IMG/VR virus record: IMGVR_UViG_2932987669_000002
Location: 10,221 to 74,220 of that record
Length of the DNA: 64,000 nucleotides
Strand: one strand, 5' to 3'
DNA from: a virus
Shown: positions 12,401-20,176 of the stretch, in pieces
Layout: each line of letters begins with the position of its first letter
How positions within the stretch are numbered: position 1 is the first letter of the stretch
Notes under the pieces: model-generated
Databases searched by the model: none
What the model was told of the DNA's origin: nothing
The model's input: only the letters and a program-made list of their open reading frames with translations
Program-made: the position numbers and the translations under genes

Positions 12401-15400
12401 GAAACGGTGGACGGCGTCGACTCCGCCATCGTGATCACCTACGAAAAGGGCAAGATCACCGTAGTGGACGGATTCAAGGACATCACGACCGTGACGAGTT
12501 GGTCGGACCCGGCCGGGCAAACCGTGACCACGAAGGTTTTCGGTAGCGGCGTCGACCAAGAACGCGAGACCAAAACTGCCACCTCGATTGCGGCCAGTCC
12601 GCGACGCCTGCGCGTGGTGACGGAGGAGAAGGGCGAGGGCCAGACGGTAACCACTACGGCCGAGGTCAACGGACGGGGTGACGTGGTCAAGGCCGGTTCG
12701 GGCCCCATCGAGGTGACCGCCACCGCGTTCAACAGCTCGGGCGACCCGACCCAGATGACAATCGGCTCGACGCTGGGCAGCGGCCAGGCAAAGCGAGCCC
12801 AGGCTGCCACGTCCGTGGCCATCGCCTACGACCGCTACAACCGCGTCATGGGCGGGACCAACGCCCATGGGCTGAATTGGTCGATCGACGGCTACGACGG
12901 ACGCTGGCGGCCGACTGGGACCACCGACACCCGCGGCCTCACAACGCAGCGCAGCTACGATGACTGGCGGGACACCCTGCGTACGGTGACCACCGCTGAG
13001 CCCAACCGTTCCGGCAGTGAGACGCTGACTTTGTTTAGCCGCGAGCAGGCGGGCCAGCCGGGCATGTCGCTGCTGACCGAACGCAGCACCTCCTGGCTGG
13101 GCGAGACCACCGAGGTCACACGGCACATCGCCAACGCGGCCGCCGGAGTCGACGTCACCCGCAACGGCAAGACCATGCGGATCCGGCGCGACGCCGAGAC
13201 CGACCAAGTAAGGACCATCGACGACTTCGAAAACGACCGCACCCAGGTCGACCCCGAGCGCTTCGGCCGCCGAATCCGGGCCACCTTGCCCGACGGCGCC
13301 GAGCACGAGCTGGAGCTGAACGGCTTCGGCCAGCCGCGGGCGTTTCGCGACAACGGGGTGACCACCCGCAAGTGGGTTCGGGACGCCTTGGGCCGGGTGG
13401 ACGAGGTGCGCACGCCCGATCGGGTCTACGACTTCGACTACAGCGAGGAGAGCCTGGGGCTGGCATCGATCACGGGTGGCCGCCATGACCTGAACTTCAG
13501 CAACTGGAGCCCGTTGGGTCAGCCGCAGACCATCGAGATCGGCGACGTGGCGCGAATCGAAGTCCAGTACCATCCGGGTGGCCGGCCGAGCTGCGCGACT
13601 CTCACCCGTAAAGGTGGACTGCCGACCCAGATGAACTACAACGCCCACGGCGACCTGGTGGGGCTCAAGCGGGGCAACCAGCCGTTGACCGAGTACACCT
13701 ACAACCGCTGGGGTGCGGTGGCGAGCATGACGGTGGGCAACAGCCAACCGCTGCAGGTGTTCGGCAGCGGCGACAGCGCGACCGTGAACCTCCCGGGCGG
13801 GGTCACGGCCGACGTCGACACCGAGGGCCGGCTGTCCCAGGTGACCTACCCGGGCTTGGCTACCAAAGAATACGGCTACGACGGTCTGGGCCAACTGACC
13901 AGCGTGACGATCGGCGGAGTGCTGCTTCGGAGTTACCAGTACGGCCAGGGTCGGCTGGAGCAGATCACGGCGGGCGAGCCGGGCAGCGAGGAAGTCTACG
14001 TCTACGGTTACGACGTCGATGGCCGCCTGGCGAGCCTGACACGCGACGGAGTCCCCTGGGGCAATTGGACCTATCCCGATCTAGAGGACCTGCGCCAACA
14101 AGAGGGACTGGCCGAACCCAATCGGGTACAGAGCTACACCGACCCCAACGGAGTGACCATATCCTACCGTTACGAAGACGGCCAGGTCACCCTGATCGAC
14201 ATCGAGCAGGGGCCCAGCTTTCAGATAGCGTACGACGTAGGCGGAAACCAGACACTGATCCGCGCAATGGGCATGGAAGCCAAGTACACCGAGTGGGAAA
14301 ACGGTATGCCGACCCGGATCGCGTGGGGCGACGGGACCTCATTCGACCTCGCGCAGGACGAAATGGGCCAGCTCGACCAGATCGCGGAGAGCGAAGGCAT
14401 TTTCCTCCTCGATCTCGACTGGGAGGACGTTCCCAGCGAGGGCCTGTGCAGCGAGGCGGGCGAGGCGGGCCCGCCGGACAAGAAGATCAGCAAGGTGACG
14501 CGTAAAGCGCCGGGCCTCGAAGAGACCTGGGAGCCCGAGTACACCGAGGGGCAGCAGCTCCAGTCGATCCAGATCACGCGCACTGGCGGCCAGGGTACGG
14601 ACACCCTGACCGAAAACTACGGCGAAGTGCGGAACCAGCTCCTGGGCGGGCTTACCAGGGTGCTCAACGGCACGGTGGTGCGCGACGATGTCTTCACTCA
14701 CGACCCCACGGTCGACCACCGCCGCGTCGACAGCGTGACCGGAACCGGCGGGGTCGACGTTTATAGCTACGACCCGGTCTTGGGTAACCTGACGCGGATC
14801 GACTACCGCGACGGCCGTGTGCGGGAATTCGCATGGGACGGCTTCCGTCGGCTGACAGAGATCCGCGAAGACGGCCAGGTTTTGGGAGCGTATGCCTATG
14901 ATCACCAGAACCGCCGGATCCGGGCGGCGACTCCGGCGAGCGACGTGCCACTGGTATTCGCATGGCACGACTCGCGGGTGATCGCGATCGGCCAGCAGCG
15001 CGGCACGTTGGAGGCGCCGCGCATCGAGTGGACGCACGCCATTGGCCAAGGCCCGCTGGGCCCGGCCTTCCTGAAGGACCTCACGGGCGGCGGCAATGAC
15101 TACTACATCGCCACGGACCACCTGGGCACGCCCTACGCGTACAAGCACGTGGGAAGCGGGACGGTGTACCTCAGCCCGCTGACCCCCTGGGGTGAGCGAG
15201 TCCAGAGCCCATCCCTGGGTGTACAGGCGGGCGTCGCCCCCGACAGCGTCTTCGCAAGCGTTCCGCTTGGCCTGGGTGGGCACCTGGTAGACTGGGAAAC
15301 CAGTCTGACGCAGATGCACCACCGCTATTATGACGCCAAACTGGGTCACTTCCTCAACCCCGACTTCCGGGTCCCCGATCTGTACGACCTTACCACGGTC

Positions 15401-16318
15401 AAAGAACCCTACGCCTACGCCGCCGGTAACCCGATCCTTTTCTGGGACCCGAATGGCTTGGCAGTTTATACTATTTACATTAGATCCTTCGCACCCTTTG
15501 AATCGTTTGGTGATCCAACGAAAGCGTTCACTGGCGAAGCCTACCATGGCGATGATAGGAGTTTTTCAGTTAATACAGGATCAATCACTTCTAGAATAAC
15601 TCACATATTAACCTATGACTCAGATACAAATAGTGTTGAGGTTGTTGCAACCTACAGTGACCCAAGCCATCACTGGGTGTTCGGTACAGCAATAGGAAGA
15701 CCAACAGCCACGCTAGAGCTGATCGAAAGCAAAGAGGCATTTTTGAAATTTTCAACTAAGTATAGAGGTAGTTTACCGAATCCTCCCTATCCTTATTTTT
15801 TAGAGTTGAATGATTGGATGAAAGAGAAGGGTAAGACTCTTAGACGCATTGGGACTCCTGATATTGATGTCTTAACAAATGTCATTATCGAAAAAATTGA
15901 CAGCAATAAACTTGGGTTAATGCTGGAAATGCTTGGCGATGCATTTCCTAGCGCTGAGGCATTTATCATAGACCCGGCAGGAAATGCCGTTTTCATTGGA
16001 GGTGCAAATGCTGTAACCGATGGTATTCTAGCACCTGAGCTGAATCCTGCTACAATGCTTGGAGGAGTGAACAAACGTTTCATGGACTATCAAGAAGTCA
16101 TACTTCACCTAAACAAGGAAGGTCATTTTGTAGCAGTGACAACGCCACAAGGAACATTCTCAAGAGAAAAATGGAATGAAATCTTTGCATCGAATAGAAA
16201 CAAAAGACTTAGGGATTTGATTTCCATCCGAGATTTTGAAAAAACCAAAAAGAAGAGCTATGAATCCACCATAAGAGAGAAAAATTCATTCAAAAATGGA
16301 GAGATGTTGCATGATTAA
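3440..16318 (+). CDS. Giant secreted Rhs/YD-repeat polymorphic toxin (4292 aa)
   Basis: Sec signal peptide (MIAKRLIPCLLLLIGPAWGAFAQ); Ig-like and carboxypeptidase-regulatory-like repeats; many YD repeats (TYDALGRL, YGYDGLGQL); Rhs core HHRYYDAKLGHFLNPD...PYAYAAGNPILFWDPNG; 286-aa AT-rich C-terminal domain from 15458. Confidence 0.92.
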   Translation: MIAKRLIPCLLLLIGPAWGAFAQETITIALDDTARFRAAATATLSGTVTPTDASLSIDGTILALDGNGRFSHDVTLTEGLNTFFFTATKDGLPEARLKRDLFRDTVAPVLAISEPLPDLRTNRTSLHIIGEAGDALSKPVTLTRDGQPVAVVGHRFYDRDVPLQSGANTFQYTLTDAAGNTAEQSLTVHHKIEPPTIDLTAPGSVDARSNFDIAVSFEPAAEIASVRVYLNADLVLEASDGSALQQTFQDDGSRASHQLRLEVRDVYGNEAQLERDLPVAHPNFVHGLVLDSETSHPLTGVTVQLESPAASTTAVTDDAGRYVAYLAGSPITARVTDPTYVPIARTLDVPPAGGARLFDLRLTRRGPPHSTAQVFSDPLLRLQFASGFSGTSRVTPLRTQALPILLPLGYAPLRAFELADATGIGTLQVQLRRPPRELPPATEVLLLRRDGDGWRVTEHLTVGGTRIDATWTAAGNGVYAAVLRDTRFVTETPAVGSFLIRQNHAWIPRADTADAVAFPRMVSLLDTPRTLLRFLAHGHHPSGAVARLRAREHHTYFDGQHLFPDYLLDVTCYYYGENLDGRAKLVGRLPIEARGEITRGHTRAASIKFYLEGGSPPLGGFRYDAVHDLGPLQLDFGPQPVNPRAVRTRLADISDIPMPAGAERLASFTLTVGRELDASPSIRFQHGAREALVLLRRQDAATWVYAGRLRFVDGAWQAAPEDVDVTTTGAYALVALPFSITELRGQVTFAASPVVGVTLQTEVHPWRATSAADGGFRFAVARWNQPQTVDAYDPATTRSAQLHLADTSTDDLRDGLDLALQAPDFRLVEHRPAANQVHVSRHEIPSLTFSHALGGTVDDWTQAITLQGGGTTVPLRIQRQADYRTLTLNPQAPLADDTEYTVTVGTSLLSQHSHPLVSAASFSYRTADRSAVGTLDLKRFYLTASGDDLAVHAPADAYPARSQIRLINRNTAATVTDTMLGGDYQRGIEGDIGDRIQVAVTRPDGQSASIELDSIRTGPGQVILGGQPFVLDLGEGTTLHIERVLDGVGREVRFALADEAEIRAELAKVPHHGDDPFGAFYGGLRITPLDGGPVPRLSGRFQLDLDPATIGTAMLSFVALQPEVSFPANPLEPETLTPHTFATLADAVAVRDGQLGSTTKRTRTKRFGGRIAASLGQAYARLYGLFHTDSTSFIFGQSLRQDVRNQVDTTYGNLMWVEPPPSWFNPDRYTRAGTPYYPCQNVYFYQRFGDGENAFFKPLGLTGPLADGDFIAEPDPGQPTILAMDPVTHRLTLLELRPSSASYLLAGSRAYRVTAWLRWPKQGGAGSDAELELDWQVVTLDDDEPVVHAGLTETFRQTGKLLLDPGQTGGKTPQIQVTIKADQALKHAVAKIPEVGWEETVTRDTRHDAITVLLPATAYGTERKLDVALTVVDIKDQSQDVYKRVWLVRPDQAAGIPNVAPAVLASTPQDKGTDVLIADPLYLEFSEPVRDVGPASVTLTPDGGDPVTLAFFDANGLPVEAATEVRLLTVQPTEALKLDTVYTLDVRGVRDQENRTLLQPADTKASGTEPAKDHYRIQFRTQTSKPQTVVPETGDLRAYAGLRNLLVGLDGITNPDGIASGFKLRIYDTDTRHSEPRLLTEYPEAIRAPGMLAPNLVLITKEALAAAPGAEVFAIERDNRERLRALPAGTMLVVQYYSFAQHSYVLMFLHYNGAKFEEKGHFRVPTTGAQGGFAAIGPYLILGDFDLTEAGPVGTATVHDVRQYLEQLANIDATTLQDSLGGGRHLYAWQKTKPVGHYANPRGVVRLAPFLHQTEDGLVPAFAAAAFGYPGLNAIVPQESDLLPPVHPPYDRRALAKTVWPHRTGTETAPGEPGRFGVSRLRCAVVEAFPTQSALGETLTRDIAIFGERGLDQDGSLYIYEVPEKTDLDQDTQPRFTLDLPGGFLGLAADRAHGLVAVRTRIGNAMGVGVLDLRALYARGRAQGVSQWTLDQAFAEEMFLTWIDDDADQAPVGRQLFMHDGALYWSLSDERLRRLPLASNPYRTFGWLSYDLARWQAGTARHDTSGRIRDPQGMLTHQPYGVLYATDLDVENGEEADLAFTVEMGTFEVEVFAQESLKLTYRLEGESGTAEVVHEVKDAKARTLVGFDTRKLNVAIQNQAKALREHGFLKGEVALTLTRQGTTVMQRTLPFLVAWHSVPTRYVDDLRFHGGLDLLTGSPELHQTDLAVSARDARLDLSWRRSFHRDYAFGSGPYGVGMLDGARLYQAMPVWWRPQDVDAVDGAGQEGEETVARNFTTAKVHQRLIFEQPGQFQIQAGLAEDGDKVGVRNDALSQVRRFPDRGPWHLIHRGNVVYKLRSKLRWPEYRDLLSQINERTRDKKETDRLRFPLMRFPGSMQAPGSLYGEVQLTERVDYPWKNQMAAEDAARFPTELWDAPNDSGGRRTIDRTWKMNPVGTVIETQTMQTRSVQGTYDYTDDGYLARVELNQTSGGGTPRGYTLTWSEPVAEVGQLKLRRLEKVEALNAGDDNVVFEAQYPPKSLTTSNLGDGYCLQSLDVARDGTTGYVVSVALPGCGEVPELRRTFGTMSGTRLSSGYTFEGVDATHTFSRTWERRKLDGFRFDPDQGGTAVTMGDSVLPIHQWQLTGDSFGDQIFGYDALGRLTSHQIHGTSQSWTYQIMPWWIETPDTMTNAVGDKLRYEVSEKSLVVSDANADGEGGTSATQTTFFSTSGVPIRTEDLVGRVQGGTTSVHYRPSGKDMDAGSFSTRSQNLPGTGMAMTERRLNPFGDVTEESHLDVTSRFTYDGLGRLDTETDVTLGRTLNVGYEVVSGQGPRIAVVDQSTEITTETDYDIWGRVTAQRRTAPDPQNLSYTYDALGRLARTTDTQTGQTETYTYFGTTSQPTRVVTGQGGTSVTTTYDVVQSEKGPITNRATVQAQGESYVEHLVTDALGRVEETKMADVGKVRIVYDVFGRATRVEKFLEDPAKADETVDGVDSAIVITYEKGKITVVDGFKDITTVTSWSDPAGQTVTTKVFGSGVDQERETKTATSIAASPRRLRVVTEEKGEGQTVTTTAEVNGRGDVVKAGSGPIEVTATAFNSSGDPTQMTIGSTLGSGQAKRAQAATSVAIAYDRYNRVMGGTNAHGLNWSIDGYDGRWRPTGTTDTRGLTTQRSYDDWRDTLRTVTTAEPNRSGSETLTLFSREQAGQPGMSLLTERSTSWLGETTEVTRHIANAAAGVDVTRNGKTMRIRRDAETDQVRTIDDFENDRTQVDPERFGRRIRATLPDGAEHELELNGFGQPRAFRDNGVTTRKWVRDALGRVDEVRTPDRVYDFDYSEESLGLASITGGRHDLNFSNWSPLGQPQTIEIGDVARIEVQYHPGGRPSCATLTRKGGLPTQMNYNAHGDLVGLKRGNQPLTEYTYNRWGAVASMTVGNSQPLQVFGSGDSATVNLPGGVTADVDTEGRLSQVTYPGLATKEYGYDGLGQLTSVTIGGVLLRSYQYGQGRLEQITAGEPGSEEVYVYGYDVDGRLASLTRDGVPWGNWTYPDLEDLRQQEGLAEPNRVQSYTDPNGVTISYRYEDGQVTLIDIEQGPSFQIAYDVGGNQTLIRAMGMEAKYTEWENGMPTRIAWGDGTSFDLAQDEMGQLDQIAESEGIFLLDLDWEDVPSEGLCSEAGEAGPPDKKISKVTRKAPGLEETWEPEYTEGQQLQSIQITRTGGQGTDTLTENYGEVRNQLLGGLTRVLNGTVVRDDVFTHDPTVDHRRVDSVTGTGGVDVYSYDPVLGNLTRIDYRDGRVREFAWDGFRRLTEIREDGQVLGAYAYDHQNRRIRAATPASDVPLVFAWHDSRVIAIGQQRGTLEAPRIEWTHAIGQGPLGPAFLKDLTGGGNDYYIATDHLGTPYAYKHVGSGTVYLSPLTPWGERVQSPSLGVQAGVAPDSVFASVPLGLGGHLVDWETSLTQMHHRYYDAKLGHFLNPDFRVPDLYDLTTVKEPYAYAAGNPILFWDPNGLAVYTIYIRSFAPFESFGDPTKAFTGEAYHGDDRSFSVNTGSITSRITHILTYDSDTNSVEVVATYSDPSHHWVFGTAIGRPTATLELIESKEAFLKFSTKYRGSLPNPPYPYFLELNDWMKEKGKTLRRIGTPDIDVLTNVIIEKIDSNKLGLMLEMLGDAFPSAEAFIIDPAGNAVFIGGANAVTDGILAPELNPATMLGGVNKRFMDYQEVILHLNKEGHFVAVTTPQGTFSREKWNEIFASNRNKRLRDLISIRDFEKTKKKSYESTIREKNSFKNGEMLHD

Positions 16319-16766
16319 ACCAGAAATAAGAAAATTGAACATCCTGATAATTTTGTTCACTCTATCGATTACTTCCTTTTGCACTAAACATGAATTTTAT
16401 TACTTTGTAAAAGCAAAAGAAGACGAACCCTTTGTGATAATATTTGACCACCCAAATGGAGATTCTGCCGATTATTCAAAGAAACGAATCGAATATCATG
16501 TACCTCAGAATGGAATTTTGTTTTTAGAATCGAGGGAGCCGGGAAGTGAAAATGTAAAAATGCACTTTTTTTATCAAAAAAACAATGAATGGACAGAGAT
16601 GCCAAGAGATAAGATGCGTTTGCGTGTTGGAGAGTTTTTATTCAACAGCGATACTAAGACCTATGTCACTGCGCATTTTTTCTTCCCTGAAAATTCTCAC
16701 AAAAAAATGAATGACAAATCCATGATTGAAATGCTTGAAAAAGCAAAGAGAGAGGATGTGCAGTGA
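16311..16766 (+). CDS. Putative Rhs immunity protein (possible lipoprotein)
   Basis: ATG at 16311 overlaps the Rhs stop; same AT-rich composition as the toxin tip; hydrophobic N-terminus ending ITSFC; FVIIFDHPNG...YHVPQNGIL recalls DUF6843-type proteins (unverified). Confidence 0.7.
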   Translation: MIKPEIRKLNILIILFTLSITSFCTKHEFYYFVKAKEDEPFVIIFDHPNGDSADYSKKRIEYHVPQNGILFLESREPGSENVKMHFFYQKNNEWTEMPRDKMRLRVGEFLFNSDTKTYVTAHFFFPENSHKKMNDKSMIEMLEKAKREDVQ

Positions 16767-17156
16767 AGTTTCTCGGTTTAAAAAAAGTTGTGTGAGAGCC
16801 AAACGAACCGCACCCGGTCGCAGAAAGAGCTCTAACCTACATTGAGATCCATCAACGAGGACTAGCTTTTCAGGCAGGCCAGGCTCCAGAAAGTTCAAGA
16901 AGACGGCTTGGCGATTTATGCAAGGCTGCTCTCGTATTGATCAAGCTCTTTTTTCGGTAGGCGGTCAAACAAGAACCACAATTAGGCATAGGTCCTGTGT
17001 GCCGCCATATGTAGTCGCACCACCTAAGTTAAAGCTCCCTGCTCTGGAAGATGGATATGAATCGGTAGACAGATGCGCAGAAATGGCCGCGTTCGGCAGA
17101 GGCGTCACCGTCGGCCAAAAAAGTTTGCCATTCCCTCCTCCCTGGCAAAGTACATT

Positions 17157-17345
17157 TCAGGACTCTGCTTGGTAATCGGAGGATTCAAACCGACGCTCGA
17201 ATTTGACCACGCCATCCGCCCCGATCACCCGAACCCCGACAAGCCGAATTCCCGATTCCAGATACGCGAGGCGCAGATTTTACCTGCCAAGTGCAAACAG
17301 CACCCGAACGACGCTTCTTTCTTTATAGGCGATTCGCTCGCCACG
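17157..17345 (-). pseudogene. Decayed third copy of the 18434-18883 / 21980-22366 gene family
   Basis: Translates as ERIAYKERSVVRVLFALGR*NLRLAYLESGIRLVGVRVIGADGVVKF, aligning to the paralogs; in-frame TAA at 17280-17282 where the paralogs have Gln. Confidence 0.7.
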
Positions 17346-17676
17346 GCAACAACCAATCAGATCCGTCTCAACCGTTGAAAAAGGAATGTGTAGGCCTTCC
17401 GAAAAGAAAACGCGTCAGAAGGGTCACCGCCGGCAAAGTGATGCCAAGTAACCCAACAGCCAAAACCAGCAGCAGGCTGCTTTGCTCTCTCGGAAGCACA
17501 AACGACTTGAGCAACTGAATGCCCCTGATAATTCCCTCAATGAGGATACGCTCGGGGCCATAAAAACGCCGCTTCCAATATTAGAATTGCGGTTAAGTAA
17601 AGCTGCATTGTCTAAAGCAGGTAGACAACATCGTTTTGAATTCAACCCATTACCCCAAAACAAGTATTCAAGGCTG

Positions 17677-18258
17677 TTAATACTCATCATCGATGAGGAA
17701 TTGCTTAAGAATCTTCTCGCCAATGGCCCACGCATTTGCCCATTCTTTTTCAGGACTTTCGAAGGTTACGATAAAAAGAGTATCTCTTTTGTCATTAGCG
17801 ATGTAGTTTTGATGTACGATGATGGGTTCGCCCACAACCGGAGCGTTGCGATATCTAATACCGAATGCTTTAAAAGGACCAGTACCTAAATCAGCGGAAG
17901 ACAAAATGGTGTTTTCACTACTCTCGTTTATTGCTTGAGCCATACGTATAGCAAAAACAGAAGCTGGCAAACCCTCCTTCTTTTGAATAAACTTTATCAC
18001 CTGCAATGTTAGACCGGTAGTAAATGATCCATGTTCCAATACTGATTCTTGTGAAATAACGTAAACGTGAGCGGAGCCTCGTTGTTCGTGCTTGAAGAAC
18101 CATCCGTTTGGCTTAAGAAAAGCAGAGTTTATTTCTGAAAATTGTTGCCAGGTGTATCCTGATGGAGGTGGAGGCATACTGTCGTCATGTGCTTTTGAAT
18201 CTTGTCCGAGCGAATAAGTCAAAGAAAGAATGATGATAGCGAAAAAACAAACCTTCAT
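17677..18258 (-). CDS. Secreted hypothetical protein
   Basis: Likely start MKVCFFAIIILSLTYSLGQ (signal peptide) inside ORF 17677..18312; AT-rich. Confidence 0.7.
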   Translation of the reverse strand: MKVCFFAIIILSLTYSLGQDSKAHDDSMPPPPSGYTWQQFSEINSAFLKPNGWFFKHEQRGSAHVYVISQESVLEHGSFTTGLTLQVIKFIQKKEGLPASVFAIRMAQAINESSENTILSSADLGTGPFKAFGIRYRNAPVVGEPIIVHQNYIANDKRDTLFIVTFESPEKEWANAWAIGEKILKQFLIDDEY

Positions 18259-18433
18259 AAAATATCTCCTTCTGTTTGGGACAGCAATAACCCTGTGCCA
18301 TTCACTTTTCAAATGAATTTATCAACGGATAGGCTTCGAAATAATATTTAGAGAGTCTGGCTGCTCTCAAAATAAATTCGGCACACACCTTTGCTTACTT
18401 AAGCCCCCCAAATAACATAAGGCAGAGACTTAG

Positions 18434-18883
18434 CTAACCTTTGAATCTGACTTGGCCATCCGATCCGATTACCCGAATCCCGACAAACTGAATTCCCGAC
18501 TCCAGATACGCAAACCGCAAGCTCTGCCCTCCCGGCGCCAACAGCACCCGAACGACGATTCCCTCCTTGTGGGCCACCCACTCGAAGTCGGCCTTGACCT
18601 TCTGCGGTCGCTCGCCTGAGCCTAGGTCCCAGTAGACGAAGTGGCCCGGGTTGGCCTCCAGGCCTTCGAGTAGAGCTAGATGGTACTTGTGATAAACCTC
18701 AGCCGATAATGGACCAGTCGCCGCAGGCTTGGCGGCTGGTGCCTTGGTCTTTTTCTTCTTTCGCGAGCCTTTGCTTTTGGGAATAGCGGGTGGGCTTCCT
18801 TTGGTTTCATCTGTCACCCTTCTCGAGTCGCCATCATCATAAAACGGAAGCCCTGTCATTTTCGCTGGCAGGCCCAGAACCAT
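18434..18883 (-). CDS. Hypothetical protein, family X copy A (Lys-rich N-terminus)
   Basis: Strong similarity to 21980..22366 (HKYHLALLEG...YWDLGSGERPQKVK). The position matching copy B's ATG is ATT (18782-18784), so the start is uncertain. Confidence 0.7.
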   Translation of the reverse strand: MVLGLPAKMTGLPFYDDGDSRRVTDETKGSPPAIPKSKGSRKKKKTKAPAAKPAATGPLSAEVYHKYHLALLEGLEANPGHFVYWDLGSGERPQKVKADFEWVAHKEGIVVRVLLAPGGQSLRFAYLESGIQFVGIRVIGSDGQVRFKG

Positions 18884-18987
18884 CGCACCTTTTGTTGAAA
18901 AATACGCCTGTCAGGTAAAGGCGCCTTGCGTCCCGGATTTCAACCTGAGCCGCCTAGGATGCCCAACCTCTCCCGAAAGGAACTAAC

Positions 18988-19764
18988 ATGATGCCGACGC
19001 TCACTTGGATCGTTTTCTTGTCCTTTCTCCCTGGTCCGGCCGTTCGGGCCACAATTGACCCGGCACCGTATGTGGGGATCATGAATGTCCTCACTCGCGC
19101 CGAATCGATCGAGGAAACCACCGACATCATCCGCACCTACCGCCAAGACCATCTGGCCTACCTTCGCGGTCTGGCCCGAAGTCGCGACGCCCAACTGCTG
19201 CCGCCAGGAGTCGAAGTCCTGGAGGGTGCCATCGTCGTCGACGGCCAAGTCGCGGCGCACCTGTTGCCCGTCACCCACCGGCTGTTCTATTTCCTGGATG
19301 ATCTCACGGAGCGGACAGGTCAGCGGGACACGCACATTGTCGCACTCGTAGCCCGCGGGGTGGATCCGCAAGACCTCAACGTGTTGATCAACGCCGTTCC
19401 CGAGGACTTCAACCGCATGTTTTGGACGCTGGACCTTCAACGGAAAGCGATACAAGAATCGTGGTTCGGCTTCTTGCTCGAAGATCCGGTCGACGAAGAC
19501 GCCTTGACGGACGACGTCCTGTTCGATATATGGCTTTCCGTCCAGGAATTGAACGACGAAACGGATGCGGCGCTGGTACGCCACGTGTTCGCGGACATGT
19601 CTTTGGAGGGTCGCGAGGTGTTAATGGCCTACGCTTGCGAATTACCTGTCGATGGAATGTATGGTTTCACTCTCGAAGACCCTACACCCGAGGCAGTGGC
19701 GGTAGGCATCCGAGATGGCACCATTCGAGAGGAAGGTGATTCAATCGAAAAAGAGGAACCTTGA
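18988..19764 (+). CDS. Secreted hypothetical protein, family Y
   Basis: AAAGGA RBS, signal-peptide-like N-terminus, acidic 258-aa ORF; degenerate copies at 23.7-24.5 kb. Confidence 0.7.
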   Translation: MMPTLTWIVFLSFLPGPAVRATIDPAPYVGIMNVLTRAESIEETTDIIRTYRQDHLAYLRGLARSRDAQLLPPGVEVLEGAIVVDGQVAAHLLPVTHRLFYFLDDLTERTGQRDTHIVALVARGVDPQDLNVLINAVPEDFNRMFWTLDLQRKAIQESWFGFLLEDPVDEDALTDDVLFDIWLSVQELNDETDAALVRHVFADMSLEGREVLMAYACELPVDGMYGFTLEDPTPEAVAVGIRDGTIREEGDSIEKEEP

Positions 19765-19929
19765 TGGCCCGGTCTAAGAACCAGATTCCCATACCGACAT
19801 TAAAAGGGGTGACTTATCCGTCGCTTGCATCGCTGACTTGCAAGGCTGCCTAATTCAGCCATCGCAATCCATTCGGAAAAGCTCATTTCTCCAGAAGACG
19901 CCACTTGCTCAAAGCCGGTACGTATTTGA

Positions 19930-20001
19930 TTCCAAGGGCGGGATTCGAACCCGCGTCCTTCCGGTTATGAGCCGGATGCTCTGCCGCTGAGCTACCTTGG
20001 G
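19930..20001 (-). tRNA. tRNA-like gene, anticodon CAT (Met/fMet-like)
   Basis: Cloverleaf CCCAAGG-TA-GCTC AGCGGCA GAGC-A-TCCGG CTCATAA CCGGA-AGGAC-GCGGG TTCGAAT CCCGC-CCTTGGA-A; C1:A72 mismatch; no encoded CCA. Confidence 0.8.
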
Positions 20002-20039
20002 TCAATGAACGGCGATCGCGACCCAGGCGTGACCGCCAA

Positions 20040-20112
20040 TCCCGAGGGCGGGAGTCGAACCCGCAACACTCCGGGTAAGAGCCGGATACTCTGCCAGTTG
20101 AGCTACCTCGGG
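20040..20112 (-). tRNA. tRNA-Lys(CTT)-like gene
   Basis: CCCGAGG/CCTCGGG acceptor stem, TCCGG CTCTTAC CCGGA anticodon arm, GCGGG TTCGACT CCCGC T arm, discriminator A; no encoded CCA. Confidence 0.8.
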
Positions 20113-20176
20113 TTTGGAATGTAAAAGGTCAAGGAGTTTGCGGGCGCATGGCCACGCCATGGCCCGCAGGTGGGGT

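Noticed and set aside
9257-13894. 1545-aa antisense ORF (also 5282..6856, 6992..8161, 14339..15547)
   Set aside because: Shadow ORFs of the GC-rich Rhs gene; they mirror its codon bias and show no protein motifs.
3440-16318. Rhs toxin as cargo loaded on the phage spike/PAAR
   Set aside because: It has a Sec signal peptide and no PAAR or VgrG-binding N-terminus, and it is far too large for tube or spike loading.
16780-17150. Possible IS fragment after the immunity gene
   Set aside because: No terminal inverted repeats or transposase motifs recognised.
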